Assembly (NCBI GenBank): GCA_000388065.2
Contig: KB932209.1
Length of the DNA stretch: 64,000 nucleotides
From: Fonticula alba ATCC 38817
Lineage: Eukaryota; Protista; Nucleariida
Strand: one strand, 5' to 3'
In this document: positions 38,310 through 50,000 of the stretch, piece by piece
Layout: each line of letters starts with the position of its first letter
How positions within the stretch are numbered: position 1 is the first letter of the stretch
Position numbers and translations under genes: made by a program
The notes under the pieces: generated by a model
Databases searched by the model: none
What the model was told of the DNA's origin: nothing
The model's input: only the letters and a program-made list of their open reading frames with translations

Positions 38310-38727
38310 AGAGAGAGAGAGCGGGTGACAGTGCGCACCGAGTCGTCATGGCGCGGGTGGTGTGAATGCCCGGCGGGAGGGGCACCTGGCCCGGATCCCG
38401 GGCCAGCCGCTTGGCTCTGGAAGAAACCCGGATCGAAGGCCGACTGCTGCGAGCTCGGTCCCGGTGGGTGGAAAGTTGCCGGGCCCCCGGCCGAGTGTAG
38501 GCTAGATGGCGGGGGGATGATCGGGGCCACCGATACCGACGCATCCGACAGGCTACTGGCCGGGATTGGCTGTGACGCCTTATGCGTCCGCAGGGTATTG
38601 GACCGCTTCCTGTGAGGCCGGAAAGGGACCAGAGTCAGAAGAGGCAGGGAGAGGGGGAAAGGGGCGGCACCCGGCGGCGAAAGGCAACGGCAAGGGTGCC
38701 CCCAGGCGGAGCGTACTTTAGAAACAT
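37067..38727 (-). CDS. MOB2: MOB kinase activator, MOB2-like, with a polyQ N-terminal extension; 4 exons
   Basis: Exons 38727-38717 (11 nt), 38609-38339, 38153-37576, 37475-37067. The MOB domain reads QPKYVDMPEWIASNFFDFF, CT..SCPLM.AG, YEYLWAD, SAPQYID, H.YH.HF, HINTL and ELAPI. The PKYVD..EWIA.N segment matches fungal Mob2 as I recall it; MOB1 versus MOB2 needs a tree. Confidence 0.85.
37890..38042 (-). repeat. CAG repeat encoding polyQ (~29 consecutive Q plus a Q/H tail) in MOB2
   Basis: (CTG)n on the + strand, in frame within MOB2 exon 3. Confidence 0.95.
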
Positions 38728-40054
38728 GGCACAGGGGGGCGAAGGAGTGGGGGGATCTGATGCTCCCCTCCGCGAAGCCAGAGGGATCGCTGGGCGGCGA
38801 GCGAGAGACGGTGTCCAAAAGGCGGCGAGGGACGGGACAAGCAGGAGGAGAGAGAGAGAGAGAGAGGGGGACAAGGAAAAAGAGAGAGGGGGGAGGGAAC
38901 GGGCGAGGAAGAGGGGGAAGTAGCGGGGGGGGGGAGTGGGGGAGCACACCCCGCGGCGAGCCGCGTCAGGCCGCGCCCTCAAAAAAGGGCCCCGCTAGGA
39001 ATGGAGGAATGAGCTTGGACGGGGTGCGCGCGCGCGTACAAAAGGGCGTGTGTGTGGGGCGGGGGGGGGGGGGATCACCCTCGTCGCAATGCACTGAGTC
39101 TCCTCCACTCAGGTGGTCCCCGCATGTCTGGGGATTGCTCGGTTGCCAATTAATCGTCTGCCCCGAGGGCGGCGAGGGAGCTACTCGCAGAGGAAGCTTC
39201 CTGTGTGGGGGAGGGAGTATCACTGTTCATTGTGTTCGGCCCTTGCAGGAGGGCAGACGAAAAAGGGGAACACGGCCAGAGAGCGAAGGGACCCTGTTGG
39301 TGTCCGGTCTGGCTGCAGGCGCCCCCGCCGCCCGGAGAGAGGGGCTTAATTCAGCGACTTGGGCGGACAAAGAGTTGGCATTCCGCGCCCCGGGACGCCC
39401 TGTCCCAGGCGTGCTCCCATCGCCAGCCCGCCCCGGCGCACAGAGCCCCGGCATCCATCCGGCCTGCCCTGCGGCCCAGGGGCCGGAGGGAGGAGGCCTC
39501 TCGCTTGCTGGGGGGAACGCCAACAGCGCCCAGCATGCGACGACAGATCAGTCCTCCTCGACGCGAACCCGGGTCCGGGCCCGGAGCCATGGATGCCGGG
39601 CTCCCAAAGCCCCGGGAAGCGGCGGGGATCTAAGCACCGCTGCCCAGTCGCACCGGCCGCCCGCTAGCGTCCTTGTCGCATTCAGTGTCTCCCCCCCCCC
39701 CCCCCCGCCCCTCCCGCCCCTGTCAACGAGTCACTCTCACACAGCAGGCCGCGGGCCAGGGGCGGGCCTCGGGCAAGGCCGCTGGCCCTCTGCGGAGGCA
39801 GGCATCCAAGTGGCAACGGGGGGGGGGGGGGGGGCTCGATCGTGCGGGAAGACATCATGGCTGACACTTCACTTCGGGCTTTCCGCACAGGCCCTCCCCG
39901 ACGCCTGGCACCTTCCGACGGGCGGGGGAGGGGTGCGAAGGGCGATCGGTCGGGCCAGGGGCGAGAAGAGGCTCCTCCTTGGGGGACCGCCATTCGCGAA
40001 GCCTGGCACATCCCTCTTCCCTCCCCGCACCCCCTGTCCTATTTTCTCCTTTCT

Positions 40055-40094
<40 letters not shown>

Positions 40095-40188
40095 CACTCT
40101 ATCTGCATCTCCTCGCCTCTTTTGCTCGTCACTCTCCCTCCCCCTTCGTCCATTTTCCTCCGCACTCGCTCCCACCCCCTCGTCCCCG

Positions 40189-41768
40189 ATGGCCGACCCG
40201 ACGAGTCCCTCCTCGCCCTCCGGCCAGTCGTCAGCCTCGGGCTCCCGGTCGCAAGAGGCGGTACGCATGGCCTCCTCGCCCTCGCCGCATCGCCGCGTGT
40301 GCTCTAACTATGCCTCCGCCATTTTTACCATCCCGACACCACGCCTGCCAACCCCATCTCCCGATGGCCGATCCTCAGCTGCGCCTGCAGCGCCAGGCGT
40401 ACCTTGAGCGCATCGACTCGACGCCGAGTGCGGAGCCCGCCCCGGCCCCCACGTCGCCCGCGCTCGCACCCAGCCAAGCCCCGATGCGTGTCGATCCAAG
40501 CCCCCCGCCCGGGCCCGCCACCCTGGGCGACGAGCTGCGCAACCATGAGCTTGGCTATGCCATCCCCATGCTGGAGCGCGTCTTCGCCATGAAGCTAGCC
40601 GTTCGTCCTTTGTCGCCTGACGCCTGGCCCCTCTCCTTTCGCCTCTTTCCCTTTCCCCCGCCCCCCCTCCCCTCTGACTCGCATGCTGTTGACCCGCCTT
40701 GCGCGCTCGAATCGCCCCGCAGGAACAGGGCTCTGCTGTCACCTCGCCCGTGCAGCCGTATGCCGACGCGAGCTTCACCCCGGGCACCGCGCCCGGCGAT
40801 GCCGCCCGGCACCCGCTGCTTTTCATCCTGGATGACTTGCACAAGCGCTACCAGGAGGCCTCGTCCCCCGAGCAGGCGGCTCTCCTACTGAAGGCCAGCG
40901 TGGATGTCTTCTTCTTGCACACCATGCACCACTCGATTGTGCTGCAGGAGCTACACACCTTCGACCAGATGACCTGGTCCTGTCCGCAGCTGGACACCTT
41001 CACCGGGGACACCCACATCTTTGGTCTGATTTTGGCCATCTACAACCGGGCACTGGAGGAGGAGAAGTCCTCGCGCATGTTCAAGGTGCGGGGCTCTTGC
41101 CTGGTGCTCCTGGGCCTGGATGGAGGATGAGGGCGGGGAATGGCTGTCTTTTGGGCTCTTTCTCTTTCTCACTCCCCCTTTCTCCGACCACCGTCACCTC
41201 GCTGCCGGGCACCTTCGGCGGGCTGTTGTTCCCCCCCCCCCCCCCCTTCCCCCAAACATGCACAAACGGGTACCGCCGTGCGCATGGCACATGCCACGCA
41301 ACTGTAGACCACCGCCCCCTTCCGCATGGCTCTCCTGGGGGCCATCAAGTCGGTGGCCGTGTCCTACTCCTCGCTGGTCCTGTCATCAGACGACATCCTC
41401 ATGGTGACCGAGGACAAAGTGTGCGCGTCTCCTTCGCTTGCATGGGCTCCCTTGCCTTTCCTCTTGCCGGGCTCCCATCCATGCTGACCACGGGTCCTCG
41501 GTGCAGCCTGCCGACCGATGTCCTGCTGGCGCACATCCTGGTGACCGTGACCACCACGACCGAGGCCTTTTCCTCGTCCATCAACCCGCGTGTGCTTCCC
41601 TCGTGCTTCATCCCGGCTCTGGTTGAGCACACCCTGTCCCAGGGTGATGGCATGTTTGACGATGTGCGCCTGAGTGTGCCCTGTTGCTCCTTCCTTCTCC
41701 TCGTCGTCCACACCAACTCAGGAGTCGAGTGGCACTTGAATATTCCATCCCCCTGACACAAACACACA

Positions 41769-41799
<31 letters not shown>

Positions 41800-44700
41800 G
41801 CGGGCGCCTCCTCCTTTGCACCCTCGTCCTGGGGCTGGCTGGGCAGATTTTCGGCCACACCCTCGACGCCCTGCACCGCGGCGCCCAGCTCCTGGCTTCG
41901 GCCTCACGGTCACCAATCCTGCTGGAGCACATCATCACCCACAAGACCTCGACCCAGGTGTTTGATGATACGGTTCGCTTTGTTGGGGCCCTTGTCTTCC
42001 TGGTCCGCCAACACCCGGCCATCATTGCCAAGGTATGACTTCTTGTTGGATTTCCCCTCCTCTGCCCCTTGGCATGAGCTTCGCCCCTGTGCTCCGGCTG
42101 CCTGACTCCCTTGGCATCTCCCCCCCCCCCCTGCCCCCCTCTCTGGCTCGTACTTGCCCGTCCTCCCTCGATAGATGGTCGCCCTGCCCAATTGGTCCTT
42201 CCTTCCGACGGATCGGATCTTCAGTGGCCTGCCGCGTGAGCTCCTTGCTGGGGGGCTGCTCAACAATCAGGATTCCATTTTCTCACTGAACATCCAGATG
42301 GCGTCCTTCCTTGGTCCCTTCTTCTCGTTCTCCTTCTTCCCCAAGGACACGGTGCGTGCTTTGCTTCTTCTCTCCTGCCTGTGCTTGTCCACACATATCC
42401 ACGCCGTGGCCTCCTTCGCCCCGCTCCCCCCCCCCTGGCCCCCCTTCCGGCTGGCTGACCCGATGGCCCTACTGTGCCACCTCCAACCAGCCCTTCGCCC
42501 TGGATTACTTCTTCGGACCCATTCCCCACCGTCCGGAGGCCATCATCCGACATGTGTCCATGTATGGGACCTTCCTCAACAAGAGCACCAGCCGCTACAA
42601 CCGCATCGACTTCAATGTGTCCATCAAGCGCAGCTTCGATCAGTACCACGTGCGCACCTGCTGCTGCTGCTGTTGCTGCTGCGGCCATACACCCCCCCCC
42701 ACACACACACACACACAGCGGACTTGCTTCCAGGCCGGTTGAACCCTGCACCCGATGGTCCCTAACCCGCTCGGCTGTCTTTGATCGTCCCACCACCCCA
42801 GACCCACCTCCATGATCTGACGTTCCTGGTGCTGAAGGCCCACCGGGACAATATGCTGGCCTTCCTGGAGGCCGTGGTCCAGGCCAATGCCAGTCGCACG
42901 CAGCTCCAGGTGAACCCGGCCCGGCTGACCTCCCTCGGCATGGCGTACAATGTCCTGGCGGTGCTGCTGCGCCTGTGCCATCCGATCCTCGAAGATGAGC
43001 CCTTCCCTCCATTGGCCCCGGATGCGTTGACCTTCTGCCAGCTAAAGGCCCCGATGGAACGCTTCCTGGACCCGTGGTTTTGGCTCCAGCCTGCCGGGCG
43101 CCCATGGGTCAAGGATGCCACTCGCTGGGCGGCCTCCGATGCCCAGGTGTCCAGCGTGGAGGCATACATTGACAGCACTTTCCCAGATTTGAAGGGTGCG
43201 GCCGAGCACACGCCCCTATGCACATGCGCAAGGCCGCCCCCCCCCCCCACACACACACACACCGGGCACAGGCTCCGAGTTGCTAACCCCTTTCCCATGA
43301 CCGGGGGATCTTCTCCGTCTTCTTGCTCTTTTCCTTTCTCTGGTCCATCCATGTCGCCGGTAGACAAACCGCCCGCCTTCGTGACTCGACTCTTCTTCAT
43401 GACCTTCACCATGATCCATCGCACCCTGATCCCGATTCTCAACCAGTACAAGGAGTACTCCGGCCCGAATAGCCAGCGCCCGATCCAGGATGCGCTGCAG
43501 GCCCTCCAGGATGAGTATGGCTCCGGGGGGTCGCTGGATCTGGCCGCCCGGCTGCGTGCTCTGCCCCCGGCAGCCATGCGAAATGTCACCATCGCCGTCT
43601 ACCAGTCGGAAATGTTCTATCGGACGCTGTCCATCCTGGAGGCGGCGGTGCTGCCCTTCTCGGCCGCTGGCGAGAGTGCCATGGCCGCCGAGCCGGCCAC
43701 TTTCGGCTTGCCGGCCTATGTCTCGCGCTTCCTGGCGACCGCGTCCAAGTGGCTGCTCAGCCTCCTCGGGGGCTTTCAGACGTGCGCACCTTTCACCCTC
43801 GCCCGTCGGCCTGGCCGCCGCCCGGTCCTGCCCTTCTCTGACTTTTGCCCGGGCTCTCTCCTGCTCTTCAACCCCACCCTACCGCCCTGCTGGCGCATGG
43901 GCGCTCCCAGCCTTCCACTTCGGACGCCACCATCGGACCTGGTCCGCTGCTTGCCGGAGTGGCTGCTGGAAACCGTGCTTGACTGGTTCAACTTCGTCAT
44001 TTCGGCCATCCCGGCGGGGGTGCTGTGTCGGACCCTGAGTGGCTTCGACGCGGGGCCCTTCCGCATCCTGTCGGGCATTGCCCCGCCTGTGGACTTCCTG
44101 GTGACCCTGGCCACGGTGCTGCTGTATGCTCCGATGCACATTCGCAACCCGTATCTTCGGGACAAGTTCACCGAATTCCTCTTCTCCCTGCTGCATGTGT
44201 CTTCCTCGCAGCTTCCCCCCTTCTGGGCTCTGGTTGAGGAGCACTACCCGGAGCCAGCGGCCAACATGGGCCTTCAGGTAATCATGCGGAATGCCACCGC
44301 CCGTCGGTGGCTCTTCCCCATGGCCATGGCCTTCTACCAGGGTGCGTACAAGGGTGCATCCTTGGCTCTTTGGCCCTTTTTGCTGGCCACCCTCCCGCCT
44401 TTTCCCGGAGCCGGGGACCTCCATGGGCTCGGGTCGATGGGGGGGGGGGGGTGGGGGGGGGGGGGGGGGGCCTCCCCCGGCGTTGCTCACAAATATCCGA
44501 TGTCACTCACTCTGCTTGGGCCTTCTTCTTCTTCTTCTTTTTTTTCCGCCCTCTCCCCCCCTCCTCCTGTGCCCCAATGTGACACATCGGCGCAGAGGTC
44601 GAGCACACCGGGTCCTCGCACCAGTTCTTCACCAAATTCTCCATCCGCTATCGACTGGCCTGCCTGGTCAATGTATTGTGGATCAGTGACCCGGCCAACA

Positions 44701-46733
44701 CCGTGGTCCCCTCGACGATTCCCCTGTCCAATGAAGAGGCCGCCGTGCTGAATGGGCGCTTTTCTTCGCAGTTCCCGCGCGAGGCCTTGCCACTGATGCA
44801 GCTGGCCGGCGAGACGCCTGCCACCACAGCCGACGGGGCGGCCCCTTCGTCAGCCTCGTCCGGGGCTCTGGCCGCCCCAGCGCCGTCGCTCGATGGATCG
44901 CTCTCGAAGCACCCCTTCCAGGAATCGCTGCTGGCGGAGTTCCTCCAAACCTCCCACTCTTCGGTGTCGGCTCCGGGAGGGTCTTTCGTGCGCTTTGTCA
45001 ATCTCCTGATGAATGACGCCACCTTCCTGCTGGATGAGGCCCTGCGGCACTTGGCTCAGATCCACACCCACGAGCAGGAACACCCGCCCGGGGCTGATGC
45101 CAGCACCTTTTCCGAGGGGGCGGCAGCGGCCCAGCGCACACCGCCGCCCCCGCCGGCGACCCCTGCCCGGGCACGCCGCGACCCGAATGCCCAGGGCGAG
45201 CCTGCCAGCGATGAGGAGGAGTCGGAGGGGGAGGAAGACGCCTCCGCCACTGCCGAACAGACTGACATCAACACCATCCGGTCGAGGGCGTATTCCAGTG
45301 TGTCGCTCAGCTTCCAGACCCTGCTACTGGTGCGTGCTGTGCAGGGGGCATTGCTGTTCTTTTTGCCGCCTCTGCCATCTTCGGGGAGGAGGGGGGGGGG
45401 GGGATCCTGTGCACACTTATCCGCGCGCGTACTCGCGTCCTCCCCGGCCCTCCTTGGCCCTCTCGCATCCACCTTGCCAGCCAGGCGCCCGTTGACCGTG
45501 TGTTCGGCCCTTTCCTCGTTCGTGTCTCCGGTGTATGTGTGTGTATGTGTGTGTGTGTGTGCGCGTGTGCCCTTGTCGCGCAGTTCCGCAACCTTTCCGG
45601 CACCATTCGCGAGCCCTTCCTTCGTCCGGAGATCGTCGACCGCCTGGTGGCCATGCTTAACTACAACCTGTCGCAGTTGGTCGGCCCCAAGTGCACCGAG
45701 CTCAAGGTCCACAAGCCCGAGCAGTATGGCTTCAAGCCGATCAACTTCCTGCAGGTCCTGCTGAGCACATACCTCCATCTGTCAGCGGACTTGGACACCC
45801 CGGACTCGGCCATGCTCGAGACGGCTTCCTCCTCGGCGGATGGCAGCCTGCGCGGCGTGCTGCCTCCCACCGGTGGGCCTGACTCCGATGAGGAGGAGGA
45901 GGAGGATGAGGATGACCTCCTGACCGAGGATGAGAAGCATCCCTTCTTGGTGGCCATGGCCAAGGATGAGCGGTCCTTCGATGCGCGGTATTTCACCACG
46001 GCCAGCCTGCTGCTGCGCAATCGCCTGCAGAAGTCCGACCACGAGATTGACGCGCTTTTGCGCATGTCGGCCCGGGTGCAGGCCTTGCGCGCGGCCCTGG
46101 CCGAGGACATGGGCTCCGGCGCCGAGGCTAGCGGCCCGTATGACGACTCTTCCGACATTCCGGAAGACTTGCTCGACCCGATCACCTTCGCTTTGATGAC
46201 CGATCCGGTCATGCTCCCCAGCAGTCGGATGGTGGTCGACCGGTCTACCATTCAGACGCACCTCCTCAGCGACCCGACCGATCCCTTCAACCGGTCCCCA
46301 CTGACGGCGGAGCAACTCCTACCTGGTGCGCCCCCCCCCCCCCCCTCCTCCCCCTCTGGTGCCTTTTCTCTGCCCGTATTTCTTCCCGCCATCCCTCTGC
46401 CCGCCTGTCTCCTCGTGGTTTTGGTCTTTGTGTGAACCCCCCTTGCGGCACAGTCCAGCTTCCATGTCACTGACCTTGTCTCCACTGGCATTCATGTATG
46501 TGTGTGTGCATGTGTGTGTGTTTGCATATGTGTGTCTCTTCTTGTGCTCTGTTGTACAACTCTCTGCAACGATGGACCACCATCCCCCCGTAGCCCCCGA
46601 AATCCGCAAGAAGGTCCGACAGCATCTGGCGCAGAAGCGCAAGGAGCGCCGACTCCGCATCAAGCAGGCCACCGCCGCCGCCGCCGCCACCACCACCACG
46701 ACGGCCGGCGACACCCGCATGCAGGATCTCTAG
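40189..46733 (+). CDS. UFD2: Ubiquitin conjugation factor E4 (UFD2/UBE4) U-box ligase, multi-exon
   Basis: First exons are 40189-40260, 40379-40600 and 40723-41085. Ufd2-core motifs: LPEWLLETVLD, IRNPYLRDKF, KFSIRY, FVRFVNLLMNDATFLLDEAL, RLVAMLNYNLSQLVGPKCTELKVHKPEQYGFKP, DERSF. U-box: IPEDLLDPITFALMTDPVMLPSSRMVVDRSTIQTHLLSDPTDPFNRSPL. Last exon 46594-46733. Confidence 0.95.
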
Positions 46734-47048
46734 ACGCCAGCCAGTCGGTCAGGACAAGGACAGGGACAAGGTGTATGCACAGGCAGTCATGTGCTGGCTG
46801 TTCTCTCTCCTTGACAGCCCCCCTCTCTCTCATGACAAACGTGAAATACGACAGGCGAATTGAAAGCCATCCATGCATGTGTAGTGTCGCGAAGGGGCAT
46901 ATCACGAGGGGAGGGAGGGGCACTCAGGGGGGAGCACTTTTGACTTGGGGGGGAGTAAGGAGGGCGTTTATTTTTGTGAGGAGGTGCATTCATCCGCAAC
47001 AGGCGGGTAAACTGGGAGGCGATCCGGACGAAGGAGAAGTGCCACACT

Positions 47049-50000
47049 CTAGTTGAGAATTGCGAATGCATCGGCGCAAGTATTGTCTGTGACCGGTGGC
47101 GATATTCGGACAAGAGGGTTAGCCCACGCGTGTCCACAGTCCGGCAGGGGGACGGACCAGCCGAGGGAAAAGCATGCGAAGAAGGGCAGAAAACAAGCTG
47201 AGTGCGTACCGGGGAAATGGAGTCCGCGTGCCGGAAGCAGGGAGGGGCGCGCGACAGACAAGCTGGCCAGACGCTGCTGGATGCGCACCAAGGTGTCGGC
47301 GGTTGGCGCCNNNNNNNNNNNNNNNNNNNNNNNNNNNNNNNNNNNNNNNNNNNNNNNNNNNNNNNNNNNNNNNNNNNNNNNNNNNNNNNNNNNNNNNNNN
47401 NNNNNNNNNNNNNNNNNNNNNNNNNNNNNNNNNNNNNNNNNNNNNNNNNNNNNNNNNNNNNNNNNNNNNNNNNNNNNNNNNNNNNNNNNNNNNNNNNNNN
47501 NNNNNNNNNNNNNNNNNNNNNNNNNNNNNNNNNNNNNNNNNNNNNNNNNNNNNNNNNNNNNNNNNNNNNNNNNNNNNNNNNNNNNNNNNNNNNNNNNNNN
47601 NNNNNNNNNNNNNNNNNNNNNNNNNNNNNNNNNNNNNNNNNNNNNNNNNNNNNNNNNNNNNNNNNNNNNNNNNNNNNNNNNNNNNNNNNNNNNNNNNNNN
47701 NNNNNNNNNNNNNNNNNNNNNNNNNNNNNNNNNNNNNNNNNNNNNNNNNNNNNNNNNNNNNNNNNNNNNNNNNNNNNNNNNNNNNNNNNNNNNNNNNNNN
47801 NNNNNNNNNNNNNNNNNNNNNNNNNNNNNNNNNNNNNNNNNNNNNNNNNNNNNNNNNNNNNNNNNNNNNNNNNNNNNNNNNNNNNNNNNNNNNNNNNNNN
47901 NNNNNNNNNNNNNNNNNNNNNNNNNNNNNNNNNNNNNNNNNNNNNNNNNNNNNNNNNNNNNNNNNNNNNNNNNNNNNNNNNNNNNNNNNNNNNNNNNNNN
48001 NNNNNNNNNNNNNNNNNNNNNNNNNNNNNNNNNNNNNNNNNNNNNNNNNNNNNNNNNNNNNNNNNNNNNNNNNNNNNNNNNNNNNNNNNNNNNNNNNNNN
48101 NNNNNNNNNNNNNNNNNNNNNNNNNNNNNNNNNNNNNNNNNNNNNNNNNNNNNNNNNNNNNNNNNNNNNNNNNNTCGGCCTCGCAGGCGGCGCACTTGTC
48201 AAGCTTGTCGGCATTGCGCGACAGGCAAGTGGTGCAAGCCCAGGTGCCAGTGTTGTCAACCTTGATGGGATTGGCAATAGCTCCGGCCGGAGTCGCGGCA
48301 GCCGGGGTGGTGACAACGGAGGCCTTGGCTGCGGCGGCTGGAGTGGGGGTCGCAGTCGTCGAAGCAGCAGCCGGCAGTGTTGCGGAGATGTTTGTGAAGA
48401 GGAGAGGCTTGGAGGAGGCGGAGCTCGCGCCGGCGCCCAGGGCGATTGTCGGGAGAGGAAGCTTCCCTGGCGCGGGAACGGGCGCGACGGCGACCGGGGT
48501 GGCGGACGGCCCATCATCCTCCGCCAGCGAGTCGGCCGGGGCTGCAAGGAAGGAGACACCCTTGAATTGCAAGGAGTCCATCTTCAGCATCGGAGCGGCC
48601 GCAGGAGGGGCCGGCGCCGGGGTGACACCACCAGCGCCCGGCTTCTTAATGCTGGAGGCCAGCGGCTGGAAGACAAACTGATTGGCAGGTTGAGCCGGCC
48701 CCGGGGCGCCGGCCGCCGGGGTGTCGGCGGCCGGAGAGCCGGTCGCCTTGGAGCCGGGAGTATTTGTCAGGAAAATGGACGAGCCAGTGGGCTGGCCCGC
48801 GACCGGGCCCGGGGTGCTGGCAGCAGTAGCAGCAGCAGCAGCAGCAGCAGCGCCACCCAGGCCCACCGAGGCAAACGGCGAGATGATGGACTTGGAGGAG
48901 GGAGCCTGCTCCGGAGCAGGCTCATCCTCCTCATCCTCCGTGCTGTAGTCCTCGTCGTCCTCAGCCTGGCTGTAGTCCTCGTCGTCCTCATCCTGGCTGT
49001 AGTCCTCGGCGCTGTCGGCGCTCTCATCAGCGCCATCCTCATCCCCATCATCGCCGTCCTCGTCGGAGTACTCCTCACTGGCGGACCCGGCACTGGAGTG
49101 CTCGAGCTCCGGAGACCGGATAGCCCCGGGGAAGACCTTCGCGGCGCTGGCTCCGGCGGACGGGACGACAGCCGTCGCGCCGAAGGGCGAGCTGACCGCA
49201 CCCGAGCTGACCGCACCCGAGCCGACCGCAGTCGCCGCGGCCGAGGAAAAGGGACTGGCCCCCTTGCTGGCAGAGGCAAAGCCCCCGGCCGAGGCAAAGG
49301 GCGACCCGGCCGACGAGAAAGGCGCCACCGGATTGGAGAAAGCGCTCGGCTGGCCGAAGGCCGCCTTCTTGTCATTGGATCCGGTGTCGAAGGGGCCCCG
49401 ACCGAAGGGGCTGGCCATGGATGAGGCACCCGCGCCGAAGGGCGTCCCACCGAAGGGGCTAGCCCCGGCCCCGGTGTTGTTGCTCAAACCCGAGGAGCTA
49501 GTGCCAGGGGCGACGGCATTCGAGCCGAAAGGACTGGGTGCTGTGGCCGGCGTGCTGGTCGAAGAGGCGGCCGGGCCGGGGGCAGCTGGCTTGGCGAAGT
49601 GGTTCCCGCCGAAGGGGCTGCCCCCGGAGGCGGCGGCCGAACTGAAAGGACCAGTACCGGGCACGGCAGCGCCGGTCCCGAAGGGGCTTGCCCCCGAGGT
49701 GGAAGCCGACCCGAAGGGGCTTGCACCGGCGGCGGAATTCGACCCGAAGGGGCTTGCACCGGCGGCGGAATTCGACCCGAAGGGGCTGGACACCGCGGAG
49801 GCAGAGTTCGATGCAAAGGGACTGGCCTTGGCGGCACCGAAGGCACCGGAGCCGAAGGGGCTGGCCGCCGGGGCGCCAGTAGACTTGCTTCCGAAGGGGC
49901 TCGGCGCAGCTGCACCAGGGGAGGCCGAACCGGAGGGGCCAGCCGAGCCGACCACCGGCGCCGTCATCTCCGCAGCCGAACTGAAGGGGCTGCTGGTTGA

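Noticed and set aside
47053-49424. Long ORFs running through the 864-nt N gap
   Set aside because: Their length is an artefact of N translated as X, and frame continuity across the gap is unknown.
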